Both the position numbers and the translations under genes were made by a program. The notes beneath the pieces were generated by a model. The model had not been told where the DNA came from, made no database searches, and saw only the letters and a list, made by a program, of their open reading frames with translations. From Intoshia linei (lineage: Eukaryota > Animalia > Orthonectida), in contig LWCA01000169.1 in assembly GCA_001642005.1 (NCBI GenBank), positions 1 to 44,834 on the forward strand: 44,834 nucleotides of DNA, read 5' to 3'. How positions within the stretch are numbered: the stretch's first letter is position 1; every line of letters starts with the position of its first letter. Shown piece by piece: positions 24,853-37,310 of this stretch.

Positions 24853-25609
24853 ATGCTCATCGTACGCATTACAAATTTGAGGCATTTTAGGTTTTTTGTT
24901 TCAAAATAATATAAACGTATTGATTTTAGTGTTTCTACTCAGCTTAATCACTTGATGAAATTAACGAGGGTAAATGTGGTAGACAATAGCGTTTTAGGAA
25001 TAAAGGCTAGAAAAATTGGCAGACCTGCAAAAATTATTCAAGTAAAATTTAAAAATAAAAGTTAAACTTTTAATCTTAAAATTTAAGCGCCGTCATAGTG
25101 GGTAATATGGACCTAGAGGATCTGAAAAATTTTATTTGTGATTCTTTGGGATGAAGTATATTTACTGAATGTCCACGTTCATGTGATACACTACGTTCTA
25201 AAAACGTTTTGGGGACTCCCATTTTAAGAGTTAGAAAATAACCTGCTTTTTTTAAAAAATGATATTAAAATCCATTAGTTATACATTACTGTCCGAATTA
25301 AACATCATCAACATAAATAACTAAATCAAGTACAAAATAAAATTATAGGTCTATAAAAAGACAGGAATTGGACTTTTAGGTGATAAAGTTTTATTGGCAA
25401 TCTGCGGAGAAAAAAAAAAGGCGATAATAGTGGGAGTTCGACAAGACCAAAAATTGATGAAACCACGCCACGATACAAACAATGTTGTTTTGATAAATGA
25501 AGACGGGTCACCGATCGGTAACAGAGTAACAGCCCCATTGCCATCATTTTTCAGAAAAGAACCGAGAAAATATTCAAAAATTTTATCAATAGCATCAAAC
25601 ATTGTATAA
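24853..25609 (+). CDS. MRPL14: Mitochondrial ribosomal protein L14 (uL14m)
   Basis: ATG at 24853 gives the presequence-like MLIVRITNLRHF|SVST (intron 24891-24929). Then KLTRVNVVDNS...RPAKIIQ|VYKKTGIGLLGDKVLLAICGEKKKAIIVG...DTNNVVLINEDGSPIGNRV. Confidence 0.93.
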
Positions 25610-25633
25610 AATATTTATTACACCTTATTACAT

Positions 25634-26264
25634 TTAATTTTCTGGGACGTTTTCTATTTTGATCTCTTTGGATAATTCGTTTTGATTTTCGACCGTGTCG
25701 AAATCACCAACCAGTTCTAATCCGATTTTAAAACTGAAAATTAATTAAATTACCTGGAATTTCGTCATCTTCTTCTACATTCTTAGCATCACCTGTAAAT
25801 GAAAATTAAACACAACAAAATAACATACCTAAAACATCCCGCCATATTCTGGCTATATCTGGTCCAAGTTGAGGTATAATTCCAGGTAGCATTTCGGTTA
25901 TGTCTAATATTGAAATATAAAAAAGTACACTATAAAAATACTTTTGTCTATTCCATGTCCGCTGATAATAAACGTATTTGAATTTAAACATCCCTGTACT
26001 TTAGGGTTTTGAAAATTGACCACTGAGCAATCTTTTTTAATAATATTGACTTCTTCAATTCCTGGTATCGTGTTGCAGTTTAATTTTTTCAAGTTTGCTT
26101 GTAATTTTTTATCATCTGTACCTTGGGTTTTGTGACAAACTTTTTTTTTTCTTCTGGCACTACCCTATTTAATAGTATTGAATATAAATGCAAATTATAC
26201 AATATCCAACCTTTCCACCAATTCTAACTTGTTGTTCCAGTATTTTCAATTTTTCGGCGTTCAT
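25634..26264 (-). CDS. BTF3: Nascent polypeptide-associated complex beta subunit / BTF3
   Basis: [18 protein letters not shown]|GSARRKKK...[12 protein letters not shown]...IPGIEEVN...FQNPKVQ...[13 protein letters not shown]...DDEIP|ELVGDFD; four short introns. Confidence 0.96.
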
Positions 26265-26407
26265 TATGTCAATTTGTGATAAAATCAAGTACAGAGAACG
26301 ATATATGAAATATGTAAAATGTTATGACAATTGTATAGTGATAATAAAGGTGTAAATATAAAATGAATTTTAATTTATAAAATTTATTTACACATTTTTT
26401 ATTTTTT

Positions 26408-28304
26408 CTAACAAATTTTGGACACTTTTGACTTGTGTCTGTTTGAATACCGATAGCTACATTTCAAAGTATAACTTTTGGTATTACTGATTGTTGATTT
26501 GGAGCTTCGATCGCCTTTTGGTATCGATTCAGTGTCCGAATGAGAGGGACTGATTAAGTAAAATTGGTCTAAATTCTGTTATTTTTTAACGATCAACTTG
26601 TACCTAGTATAGGTTCAAAGCATTTTTGGTGGACTTTATTGTTTTTAATTTTGTAGATGGAATTGTACACGTTTGTGTGTTTGCGTAGTAAGGATTGATT
26701 GGATCTCAGGATATGTAATTGGTTAATAACTTTTCTTCTGTATTTTATGTTATTTTTTACATTTATATTATACCTCAAAATTTCTCGTTCGGGCCAATTT
26801 TCGCAGCTAAAATTTAAATCTCTTTTATTGTCCAAGTTTATATTTTTGTAATTATTCATCAATTTTTTTAATCTCATGAAATTTTTCTAATTACACAAAA
26901 ATTAATTAATTTTATTTTTAAAATTACTAAAACTAGAACTTGCATTTGAGATAACGTTTCTATATTGTACAGTTGTAAGGGCTAAATTTAAATTTTAAAA
27001 AAGGATGGAAATATTTACCTCTGAATCGGTTTTTTTTATTGATATTTGTCTAATTGAGCTTTTCGCTTCTAAAAATTTTACAAAATTCATTTAATTGTTA
27101 AAAGACCTTTGTTTATGTTGAGTTTTGGTTTCAAATTTTTCATGTAATCCAAATTTATCATATTTTTACTGGTTTGATTGTTTGCCGGAAATTGTATATT
27201 TAATATTTTCTTATTTTTGTATTTATTTTGGTTTAAATTTTCACATTTATTTTTTTTAGGAATTTTATTCATGCGCGTGTGTTTTGGGTCCACGTCAGAT
27301 TCTACAACTGGGTTGACAAAAAAGGGGTTTATTAATTCCAAATTGAGTGTGCTTAATTTCATTTTATCTACAGATTCTGTTAAATCGATTGATTTGTTTA
27401 AATATACACCCAGCATTGTATTTATCCTTTTAAATTTTTCATAATTTATTAATTTTGATCTCTTAACAATTTGCGCTTTCTCGGACTCTACTATTTTTTT
27501 ACCCAATTGTAATTTGATGTAATTCATTATGTTGATTTTCGACATGTCGTTTTGTTCAATATTATTTATTTCTGTTTTTTCGTTTTTTAATTTTAGAATA
27601 TTCATTTCTTTAAATTTAACATCATGGTCATTTTGTTCTTTCTGGGTAGTTTTCCATTTATTAATATTATCCATTTTATGTTTTAGATTGTGGTAAATTC
27701 TGTCCATACTTTTTAACTTCAAATTTGCTGAATTTTCTTCTTTGTTGTTCATTATGGACTTTGCGTTTACACTCAATATACTCGCAGCTTTTACAATCAT
27801 GTTTTTATTAAATATTTCGGAATTCTGTTTTGTTTGGTTTTGATTTGCTTTTGGTTGAGAATATTGATTTAACCTTGATGGTTTAATTTTTTTAATCATA
27901 TTTTCATTTACAATAAAACTTTGCAAATCTTGTGATTTCATTGGAATTGCTAATAATGGTGGTATCAAGGGTTTGTCTTTTGTTTCAGTGTCTACTTTCT
28001 TTTTAAATATAAATGTTTCAACGCTAGATTCTTTTTCTGTTGATTCTGTGTACACTGGCAAGTTTACGGTTTTAATTTCAGAAATAGTGGGAGGTTTTAT
28101 AAATTGTACAGATTTTTTTGATTTGGCAGATTCTACTAATTTACTGTGAATTGTTTCCGGTGTGCTACTGTGATCAGAATAAAGTTTTTCGTCTTCTGTG
28201 ACAATTAGAGTAGTTTCTTTATCAATCCAACTAATCGCTGAAATGTGTTCTTCATTGATTGCATCTATCGAGTCCATCATTACATCGACGTTAGATTCTT
28301 CCAT
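26408..28304 (-). CDS. Uncharacterised K/N-rich protein, about 580 aa, 5 exons (start uncertain)
   Basis: 1.2-kb ORF plus phase-compatible GT-AG exons ~27068-27019, ~26982-26941, ~26886-26604 and ~26568-26408. AATAAA lies just after the stop. No recognisable domain. Confidence 0.7.
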
Positions 28305-28466
28305 TTCTTTAATAACTAAATATTGTCAATTATAAACTTAATTTAATTTGTTTAATGATAAACGATTTTAATCTATGAATTAATTACATTTTATCCATTC
28401 TCATTCAATTAAAAAAAAATTAATTATCTTTTACGAAAAAAACCAATTTTGGTCGTTATATCGACT

Positions 28467-30932
28467 TAGGTGGTCAAAATTATGTCATAAACGCTTTCCG
28501 AATAATGTGGTAAAATTTTGTCACAAGATTTGGCTTTAACGATCCCTAGTTTAGTTTTAAAAGTAATGGGGTTGTTTATATAAAAATTTAGCTACCATGT
28601 GGTGTATTCGCTACAAGTAAACTCATTGAGAAATTTTCGTTATATTTAGCTATAATTATTTCTTTTGTACATTCGTGCGACACTTCAACCTAAAATCAAT
28701 TACAGTCAAATAAAATACAAAATAACGGGAAATTGGTTGATATTATCTCAAATCAATCTTGGTCGAAATCGAAAGATGAAATCGGCGAAGAAGAAAAATG
28801 AAAAAGGAATTTTAAGGCGACTTAATTAATATTGATTTACACCAGGGGTCGGCAACCTTTTGTGTCTCGTGGTCCACTTTTTATATCAAAAAATTCTTTG
28901 GTCTTCGCTTTTGAAAAATTTACACATGATACATTTTAATTTTAACTGAAAAGAAACGGTTCTAGTATATTCAACAACATAATATCCGGGCGATCTGAAA
29001 ATTCAGAATTAAAATGATTATAATAATTAATTTTTTTTTACTATTAATAGTTATTACTATAATTATAGTTATAGTATAGTTATTATAGAAAGTGTTTAAA
29101 AATTTAAAATTAAATAATTTACATATTTACTCAAAGTACCATAAAAAGTATTCTGTGGGCCACTGATTGCCGACCCCTGATTTAGATGCTAAATGAAAAA
29201 ATTCTTAACTATTTCAGTCAAATTAAAATTTAATTCAATTTATTGTAACTCATAAACGTTATTTTTATGGACATGTGAAAGAGAATTTACTTATGTAATA
29301 CAGGCTAATTCCTCATTAGCGGAATAATTGTTTTTGAAAAAAATCTTATTCCGTTAACGGAATTTTATATAAATTATAATACATTAAAGCAGTGGTTCCA
29401 GATTGAGATTCAAAATTATATACCTGGGCTCCGTGAGATTCAAATAAAATAAAGAAAAATTTTATAAATATTTGTTTATTTTAATAGGATAATTTTTAAT
29501 ATTTATTACAGAGTTTCTAGATGTTGATTATCCCAAAGCCTAGACGACCGATACATTATTATTTCAAAAATCTCACTTTTATCCCACCATTAATAAAATT
29601 AAATAAAAAATACGATTTCTAACCTTCAGGGAAAAATTGACTTTTACCGATATTTTTTAGAAAAATCTGATTTGACAAACCTTATGAAAAAAATCCACTT
29701 AATCAAACCACAAAATAAAAAATACAAATTTACCAACCCTTAATATCCTTTTTCCATCATTTTTTTAAGAAAACGATTTTATTAAATCCTATGATGAAAA
29801 ACCTTTAATTTTTTCGTCAATGTTTTATATTTCATATTTCCCTTGGGGTCTAAAAAAATAAAAGAATTTTTTCTGTTAAATATGAATTAGCCTGTACTAT
29901 ATTATTATAGTATAAATTGATAATATTTTATTATTAATAGTAATTAAAAACTCTCAGTAAAGTGACCTCCAGAAAATTGCCACCTCTTTTCAAAAGTAAT
30001 CAAAAAAATATAGATATATAAGACAAATTTAATAATAATTTTGGGAATTGGCAACTGGTAGCCAACTTCTGTTTTAGTGGGTAGGTAAACATGTTTATTA
30101 AATATTTAAAAACCTTAGAGTCGATGATACTTAGCGCCATGTCAAGAATCTTGACTCGAGATGAAATATAAATTAAATGTTTGTTTTGAAAAATCATTAT
30201 TTATCTCATCGTTTTTTAAATCCCGGTCCATAAAATAATTGTGAAAAATGTTTTACTAATTAAAAGTTAATTAATTACATTTTTTATCATTTTTTTTAAT
30301 GTTGCCTAGTAATTTCGTTTTAATGATCCGCGATAATTTTTATAATATATTGCCGGGCCGCCAATAATAATTGTGAAAAAAGTGTGGGATCCCGGATATA
30401 CACATTTGATCATAATACGTATACTTATTCATGATCAATTTTTCATTTGATTTTTTATAAGTTTGATCATATATTGTAAAATCTGTATAATCTATCGGAA
30501 AATACAAATAATTATGTGTATTTACATACATTGTATATTTTATACTACAAATAATTATAATTCAACACATAATTGTAAACATACTGCTCTTTTATACTGA
30601 AAACGACACAAATATTATAATTATACTGTTATACATTGTGTTACTCACTGTCTTAAATTCGAATGTGTCTATCAGACCAGTTAATTACAATTTAACAAAT
30701 TATGATTAAGAAATTTAATTAATATTAAAATTACCTCATTTTCGGTGTATTTATCCGAATTTATTAAAAAATTGTCCAAAGTTTTTGCAGCAGAATCATC
30801 CTTTATAACTAAAAAGTTTTTTGGTACCTGTGAATTGACAACACTGTTCTACATAATTGTATAGTTTATAAATAAAATATAACCTTAGTTTTAAAGTTTC
30901 CCAAAGAATTTTTGGGTTTATCAGATTTCATG
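28467..30932 (-). CDS. Possible uncharacterised multi-exon gene or genes; structure unresolved
   Basis: Splice-bounded open segments: MKSDKPKNSLGNFKTK|NSVVNSQVPK...YTENE (30932-30735), DYTDFTIY...YWRPG (~30490-30355) and VEVSHECTKE...NTPH|GIVKAK...IILTT* (~28689-28467). I could not join all of them in frame. Confidence 0.4.
28843..29179. mobile_element. hAT (Buster/Charlie-like) MITE
   Basis: Perfect 13-bp TIR CAGGGGTCGGCAA / TTGCCGACCCCTG; flanks atttacac / atttagat. Confidence 0.85.
29301..29894. mobile_element. TA-flanked MITE (Tc1/mariner-pogo type) containing a nested hAT MITE from 29389
   Basis: TA|CAGGCTAATTC...GAATTAGCCTG|TA. The interior from 29389 starts CAGTGGTTCC and matches 38019-38542. 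Confidence 0.75.
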
Positions 30933-31330
30933 CAATCCAAGGTTTGTAAAAATAAAAATACATATATAGGCCATGAATAAATAGAAAACATTTATTTATA
31001 ATTTATAGTACAAATGTAGAATTAGTTCATATCTGAATAATTAATTATGGTAAATCTACAATATAACACACATTTTATTTTCAATTTGTCAATCACATAT
31101 CCACAATACAATTATAGTTGGTATTCACTTGTAGTTATTCGAAAAGTAATCAATAAAAAATTAAATAAATTGATTACAGAATATTCATAAAAATTGTTAT
31201 AATATGCGTCAACAAGAAGGCGGCATGTCACTTATTTCGGATATTAAAATTATTACGAGTGGAGCTAATAAATTACCTTAAAACAAGTGTATCACGATTT
31301 CGGAAAAAATTAGACAATTTACATTTGACA

Positions 31331-31748
31331 TCCTTACTGATATAATATCCTTTGTAATATTTGTTTTGTGTTATCATTTATTTCAATAACTACCAGTCTT
31401 AGAATATTATAAAGTCCACATTCCAATTACAGTTATTTCCGGTGAATTATTATAATTATATATATAAGTAAGGATTCTGTTTAATAAATTAAAAAAGTGT
31501 GATAACAATTTTTTTTAAAATTCTTTACAAAAATGTTAACAAAAAAAATTAAGATGGAATAATTCACTTTAAATTAAAAAGTAATGTGATATGACGGTTT
31601 CACCTGAAACAAGTTTGGGAACCACTCCCTTAAATGATTGATAATAGTGAATAGTAGGATTTTTAAGTTAGATTTTTTTGGTATAATAAAAATGTGCCCT
31701 CGGCAGAGCTAGGTGCTGTTTGTACGTAGTACATAACAATCAACCTAG
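31331..31748 (+). mobile_element. Non-autonomous Helitron, complete copy
   Basis: A|TCCTTACTGATATA...hairpin TGTTTGTACGTAGTACATAACA...CCTAG|T. Confidence 0.82.
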
Positions 31749-32042
31749 TCATTTTATATTTAATGATTATTTTTGTACAATGTTTTTATAGAACAAGTCA
31801 TCCTTAACTAAAAATAAAAAAATTTAATGCGACGGAAATATGCATTTTGAATCTATCGATTTTCGCATTTTTTTGACAATTTGAATGGTTTTGACATAAT
31901 GAATACTTTATACTGTCAGTGAATATAATAATGCATTTATTGATATTTATCAAAGATTTCATTAAAAATATTCGTTGCGTAATATATATTGTTCCAATAC
32001 AAATTTTTTACATTGTACTTAAACATTTTATTTCAATCTTTT

Positions 32043-35000
32043 TTATTTATTTTTACAATACAGCAAATTCATTGTAGCTATTTTGTATTCTTGCATTGTA
32101 TCATCATTTAAATTGTCTCGTATACTTTGTGATGCATTTTGATAACTTTTCAACATTTTATCCTAAATCAGAGTTTATATTATACACGTTATTTATTTAC
32201 TTTTTCTGTCTTACTGGTATCCAAATTATCAATATATTTTTCTATGATATTTTTTGATTTTGTCAATTCCCATTTATATTCCAATTCGTCATCCTCAGAT
32301 TTTAATTTTTCAAACGGTGCAAGCTTATGAGATTCGCGAATTAAAACATTCATCAAATATATTAAATAATCATAATTTTGTTTTTTTGTTGGGCATCTAA
32401 ATGTACATTAATCATTTTATAAAATTTTAGCATTTAATGCCTGTCACGGTTAAGCTAGTAAGAACGGATACAATATATTTTAATTCTATAAATCGCAAAA
32501 ATAAATATACAAACACTTCTATTTTTTTGTTGGTTGATTTCATTTTTAAAAAAAGGGGAAATTGGGTTTGTGATAATGAAGGATTCAATTTTAGGAAATA
32601 AAACTTAGATATAAACATCACCTGCGAAAAATTGTATTAGAAATTGGTTTTATTCAATTCTACAACTGTTAATTTTTTAACATGTGTGTAAATAAACAAT
32701 AACACACACAGACAATCAATTTTATATATATTATATACATACATACAATCATACACAAACACATACATATCAATGTAATTAAAGGATATTCATGTATTAC
32801 ATGACCAATGGTAATTATATTAATTATATAGTCATTGACCATGTTTGATTATTATTTACATTATTATAGACGTTCTCTATTTATATAGTCATGTTTGTAT
32901 TTGATATTATTATATATATTACATATCTATCATTTAGGAAAAATTATAAAATATGTTACTGTGTATGCGACCCAAAAAAAATAGAAATAGGACTAATTTT
33001 TCATTTAAGTTAAAAAAAAACTGCTGTTTTTTGCAACTAATTTTTTTTAATAAAATCGTAAAAATGGTTTCTTTGGAATCGTCGCATCACTAGTAAATGC
33101 CCATAAATTGGGAATAACTAAAACTGGTTTAAAATATTAGAATTTGCCCTCACAATGTCAATATAATGTTAATATACATATGTCATTAAGATATAAACGT
33201 CTATAACGTATGTAAATCTAACATTTACCTATCAGAAAAAAGAGAAACAGTATCATTATCTTTATTATATCTTTGTCCAAGTAAATATATTATTTTGTCT
33301 CTGGCACTCTGATTAAAAGAAAGAGAATGTAATTTGAACTAAAATAAATAGAAAAAAATATCTTAGAGAATATCTAAACCTGTACGGAAACATTACTAGA
33401 TTTATCATGTCTTATGGAAGGGCTGGAATGACAAAAATTGGAGTAAGAAACTTTGACAGGAAAATGTTTTTCTATGGCATCATCTGACAACCCTTTTGGC
33501 CAGGGAGTACAAAACTTTTTAAGCAATTTACATTGAGAATCAACATGTCGTGGTGTCAAATGTAAAAAGTTTTGTACTTTTAAAATTTCAGCATTAGCGT
33601 ATTTATTTGGAGGTATGTTTAATTTTGTATTCTAAAATGCAAAATTACATAAAATATAAAAAGTACACAATCAAATCAGTTATTTACAAGTGTGGTTTTC
33701 CAGGACCCTGAGGTATCACAACCAGGGATTGGAAATAATTGATTGGAATCAATTATTTTGTACAAATTAATTAATTGAAAAATAATTATTGAACAAACAA
33801 TTAATTTTATTTTCAATAATTTTTATCAATTAATTCCAATCCCTGATCACAACTGTGAATCTGGGGCGTGTGAAGAAATTAGTTTTTTTGTGGTCGCTTT
33901 CGAAATTGTTGATAATTAACGTTGATATGACTTTTTTAAAATACACAATAATGGACAAGAAAAATAAAATAATTGGCAATGTTTATACATTAAATCGACT
34001 ATATTTTCGGGTTCTCTGGTAGGGTATTACGTTGTGGTGTCAAATTTTAAAAAGTTCCCACACATCAGGTTATGCTGTATAACAGTGGTTTTCAACCGGG
34101 GGTCGTGAGAATTTGAACACAGTATAAAATATAAATAAAACTAAATATGCTTTTTTAATATTTTCATTTATGTGAATTGATAAGATGTTTGGAGTATATA
34201 GAAAATTTTAGGGTCGCGAAAATTTTTTATGTTTATAAGGGGGGTCGCGAACACAAAAAGGTTGAAAACCACTACTGTATAATATATTTGAGAAACGCAA
34301 TAATTTAAATGTCATCACGAGAAAAATTAAAAAATTAAATTTTTTATTAAATATACACAGCTATATTTAACATTTATATATATTAAAGTACATATCAAAC
34401 GTTTTCAAATATATTTATTTTATTTTATTTATTATACACATTTTCATCTATAATATAACTGAAATTTTGAAATATGCTAAAAATAATATCTTTAATCCTT
34501 ATTCTATCTATTGTCGATGGGTACAAAAGTACAGACTCTTTTACATCTCTCGACTATATGTGGTTTGCAAAACAGTTAATGATGTATAACAACCAATACC
34601 TAGTACATGATACACGAAAACTAGTGATATTGAATATTCTTGTTGACAGTTATGTTCATCTATTTATTGTGTTAGCACTTACGGTAATAATAGAAGCTAC
34701 ACTTAATTTTTATATATACAATTACAAAGCGTGTGTGATAAGCACATTAATTACATTACTATTACAAAACAGTTTATTATATCCACAATTTTCTTTGAAA
34801 CAATATGATTTTGATGTGCATTTGTTTTCAAAAACTGATACTGCCCATTATAGGAACTTAAAACGTATATTTATGATATTAGTGAGCTTAGTTAAAAAGA
34901 CTACGGATATTCAGATTGTGATAAAAATATTAACTTGGTATAGAATGGATACTGTTGAAAAATTCTTCAACCAAAAAATTATAATTTTACTAAATATTTC

Positions 35001-36888
35001 TAGTCTAATCATAATTAATAAATGCGCTTCTATTGAAATTTTTATATTGACACTAACTACCCTTGTACACTTTATGGACCTATTTGAATATATTACAGTA
35101 ACATATCTGATAAATATTGTTGAAATTTTCATAATGGGAGCACACTTTGGTTTTATATTAAAATTGATCCTTTATCCAAGTTTTTATAATAGATTTATGA
35201 AGTCATTTGTTCCCCAAAGTTTCTTTAAAGACGATATTATGAGATTTAAAGAAAAATCTTTGGCATTTACTGCATATTCACAACCCAGTAAATTTATTAC
35301 AAGTCCCATTATTATTTTAATTATTAATATTGTTATATTTCTATTGATTCTTTTAGTAGCCATTATTGTGTATACCTTTAAAAAATACAAACTGCAATCA
35401 AAATCTGCACAACTTATTCAACACACCGGAACAGACGATTTAGTATCAAGTCCAGCTTATAATATCATGAATCTTCTCAACACATCCAGCAGGCAATATT
35501 AATATCAATACAATAGTATATTTATATATTTAGTATAGAATATGTAGTTAATAAATCTTAAATCATAATTTAATTTTTAAACGTTAATGTAAGGGCATTA
35601 ACAAAACCTTTTTAGTAGTTAAATTTTGATTTAGTTATACAATCTGTATAACCTAATAAATTAAATTAAATGAAAACAAATCGAATCTTTCCAATCGTTC
35701 GCAATACGCGAAAATACACATTACACTACCTCAGTAATGATTTAGGTCTGTATATCTTTGGAAAAAGGAAACGCAGTGAAAATATTATCTAGAAGGTTAA
35801 ATTCCATAGGGTATTTGGATATATTGAACAATACTTTAAAGCCTTTTCTACAAACTAATGATTTTAATCATCCAGTAATAATGATATGACGGTTCCACCT
35901 GAAACAAGTTTTGGAACCACTGCTTTAAAGGATTGATAATAGTGAATAGTAGGATTTTTAAGTTAGATTTTCAACGGGGATTGATAATAGTGAATAGTAG
36001 AATTTTTAAGTTAGATTTTCAACGTGAATTTATTGGTAGAATAAAAATGTGCCTCGGCAGAGCTAGGTGCTGTTTGTACGTAGTACATAACATTCAACCT
36101 AGTATTTCTATATTACAGTAATAATCACATGGTGAAATACAGAATTGACGGGTTGTGGAGAGAATGATATACATTAAAGTTTCAACATTCATATTTAATT
36201 TAAATATAAATTTTCTTTAATTTTCTTTAAATTAAAAAAAAATTGATAAAAATCCATGACACCTACATGTCCATATGGACCACTTTGACATATGCGAACT
36301 CTGATATACATGTAGATCATAATACCTTGATAAATCCTTGATAAATAGGTAAAGGAACGATATGATGGTTAAACGGTTGTGGATGTGTCCAAATATTTTC
36401 CCATTCTGTTGAAGTCGGTTCCATTTTCTCATGCCTTGGGTTCAAATCACCCTAAATAATTTTTTTAAAATAATATCATTTAAATTATGTTTACCCTAAA
36501 TTTTTTATTTTGGAAATCTTCATTAGGAACAATTGTGTATCCGGGTATCACTAAAACCCGAAATGGAACATCTAAGCATAATACATTATATGAGATGATA
36601 TCTTACATGAGTAGCCACTAGAGTTGAAAATTTACCGAATATACTTTTACCGGTATAATGAATAAAAAACATTTATCAGTAAATGTTTCGTGTACACTAG
36701 AAAACGACTAATCTGTAATTCTAGTCATCCGCGTAGACCAGTTAATTACCACTATTACATACTAAAAAACTGATATTCATACTATTAAACTCAAACCCAA
36801 AGATGGATGGTGGGTCGTCAATATTGTTAAAAACTACTTGAAAAATATTATTGACTGGAAACGTATGCGAAAAAAGTTATACCTGCAT
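32043..36888 (-). CDS. MRPS35: Mitochondrial ribosomal protein S35 (mS35); start codon and first exons tentative
   Basis: PRHEKM...WENIWTHPQPFNHHIVPLPIYQG, NAEILKVQNFLHLTP...KKFCTPWP...HFPV, ARDKIIYLLGQRY...SDR|CPTKKQNYDYLIYLMNVLIRES; stop at 32045-32043. Confidence 0.9.
33723..33845. mobile_element. 123-bp near-palindromic MITE
   Basis: TIR CAGGGATTGGAA / TTCCAATCCCTG; perfect 8-bp TSD ATCACAAC. Confidence 0.88.
34083..34274. mobile_element. hAT (Buster/Charlie-like) MITE
   Basis: TIR CAGTGGTTTTCAACC / GGTTGAAAACCACTA; perfect TSD CTGTATAA; subterminal GGGTCGCGA motifs. Confidence 0.9.
34474..35502 (+). CDS. Intronless 342-aa multi-pass membrane protein of unknown function, nested antisense in an MRPS35 intron
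   Basis: 1029-bp ATG-to-TAA ORF in very AT-rich DNA. Signal-peptide-like N-terminus, several hydrophobic segments, AATAAA about 48 nt after the stop. Confidence 0.8.
   Translation: MLKIISLILILSIVDGYKSTDSFTSLDYMWFAKQLMMYNNQYLVHDTRKLVILNILVDSYVHLFIVLALTVIIEATLNFYIYNYKACVISTLITLLLQNSLLYPQFSLKQYDFDVHLFSKTDTAHYRNLKRIFMILVSLVKKTTDIQIVIKILTWYRMDTVEKFFNQKIIILLNISSLIIINKCASIEIFILTLTTLVHFMDLFEYITVTYLINIVEIFIMGAHFGFILKLILYPSFYNRFMKSFVPQSFFKDDIMRFKEKSLAFTAYSQPSKFITSPIIILIINIVIFLLILLVAIIVYTFKKYKLQSKSAQLIQHTGTDDLVSSPAYNIMNLLNTSSRQY
35880..36102 (+). mobile_element. Helitron 3' fragment with an internal ~48-bp tandem duplication
   Basis: Matches 31580-31748 and ends in hairpin + CTAG|T. GATTGATAATAGTGAATAGTAG..TTAGATTTTCAACG occurs twice. 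Confidence 0.75.
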
Positions 36889-37310
36889 TTGCCACAAATC
36901 CATTCCACCCATCTTAAAATATATCATGGATAAACATATCAACACTTTTAAAAGTTATTAACCATTACACGACCATAACATGTATATAAACAAAAAAGAA
37001 CAATCATAAATTTACAATTGTTTGTATACTAGGCCCTAGTAACTAGGGGGTCAATTATATTAAAGTATGATTTATAACGAAAATAAAATCAGTAATATTA
37101 AAAGATAACATTTTTTAAATCGCTGTTATAATAATATAATAAATATATTTACCATTTTGTACTAATTGATGTTCTCTAAAAATATTTGTATACTGTTAGG
37201 GGGGTTGACAATATATTTTTTTGGTAACCACTGCATTAGAAAATGGGCATGAAAAATGAAACAATACTGTTAAACATTATTACATCAACATAATTGAATA
37301 TATAAATTAC

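Noticed and set aside
35933-36121. 62-aa ORF with duplicated IIVNSRIFKLDFQR
   Set aside because: It arises from a tandem duplication inside a Helitron fragment.
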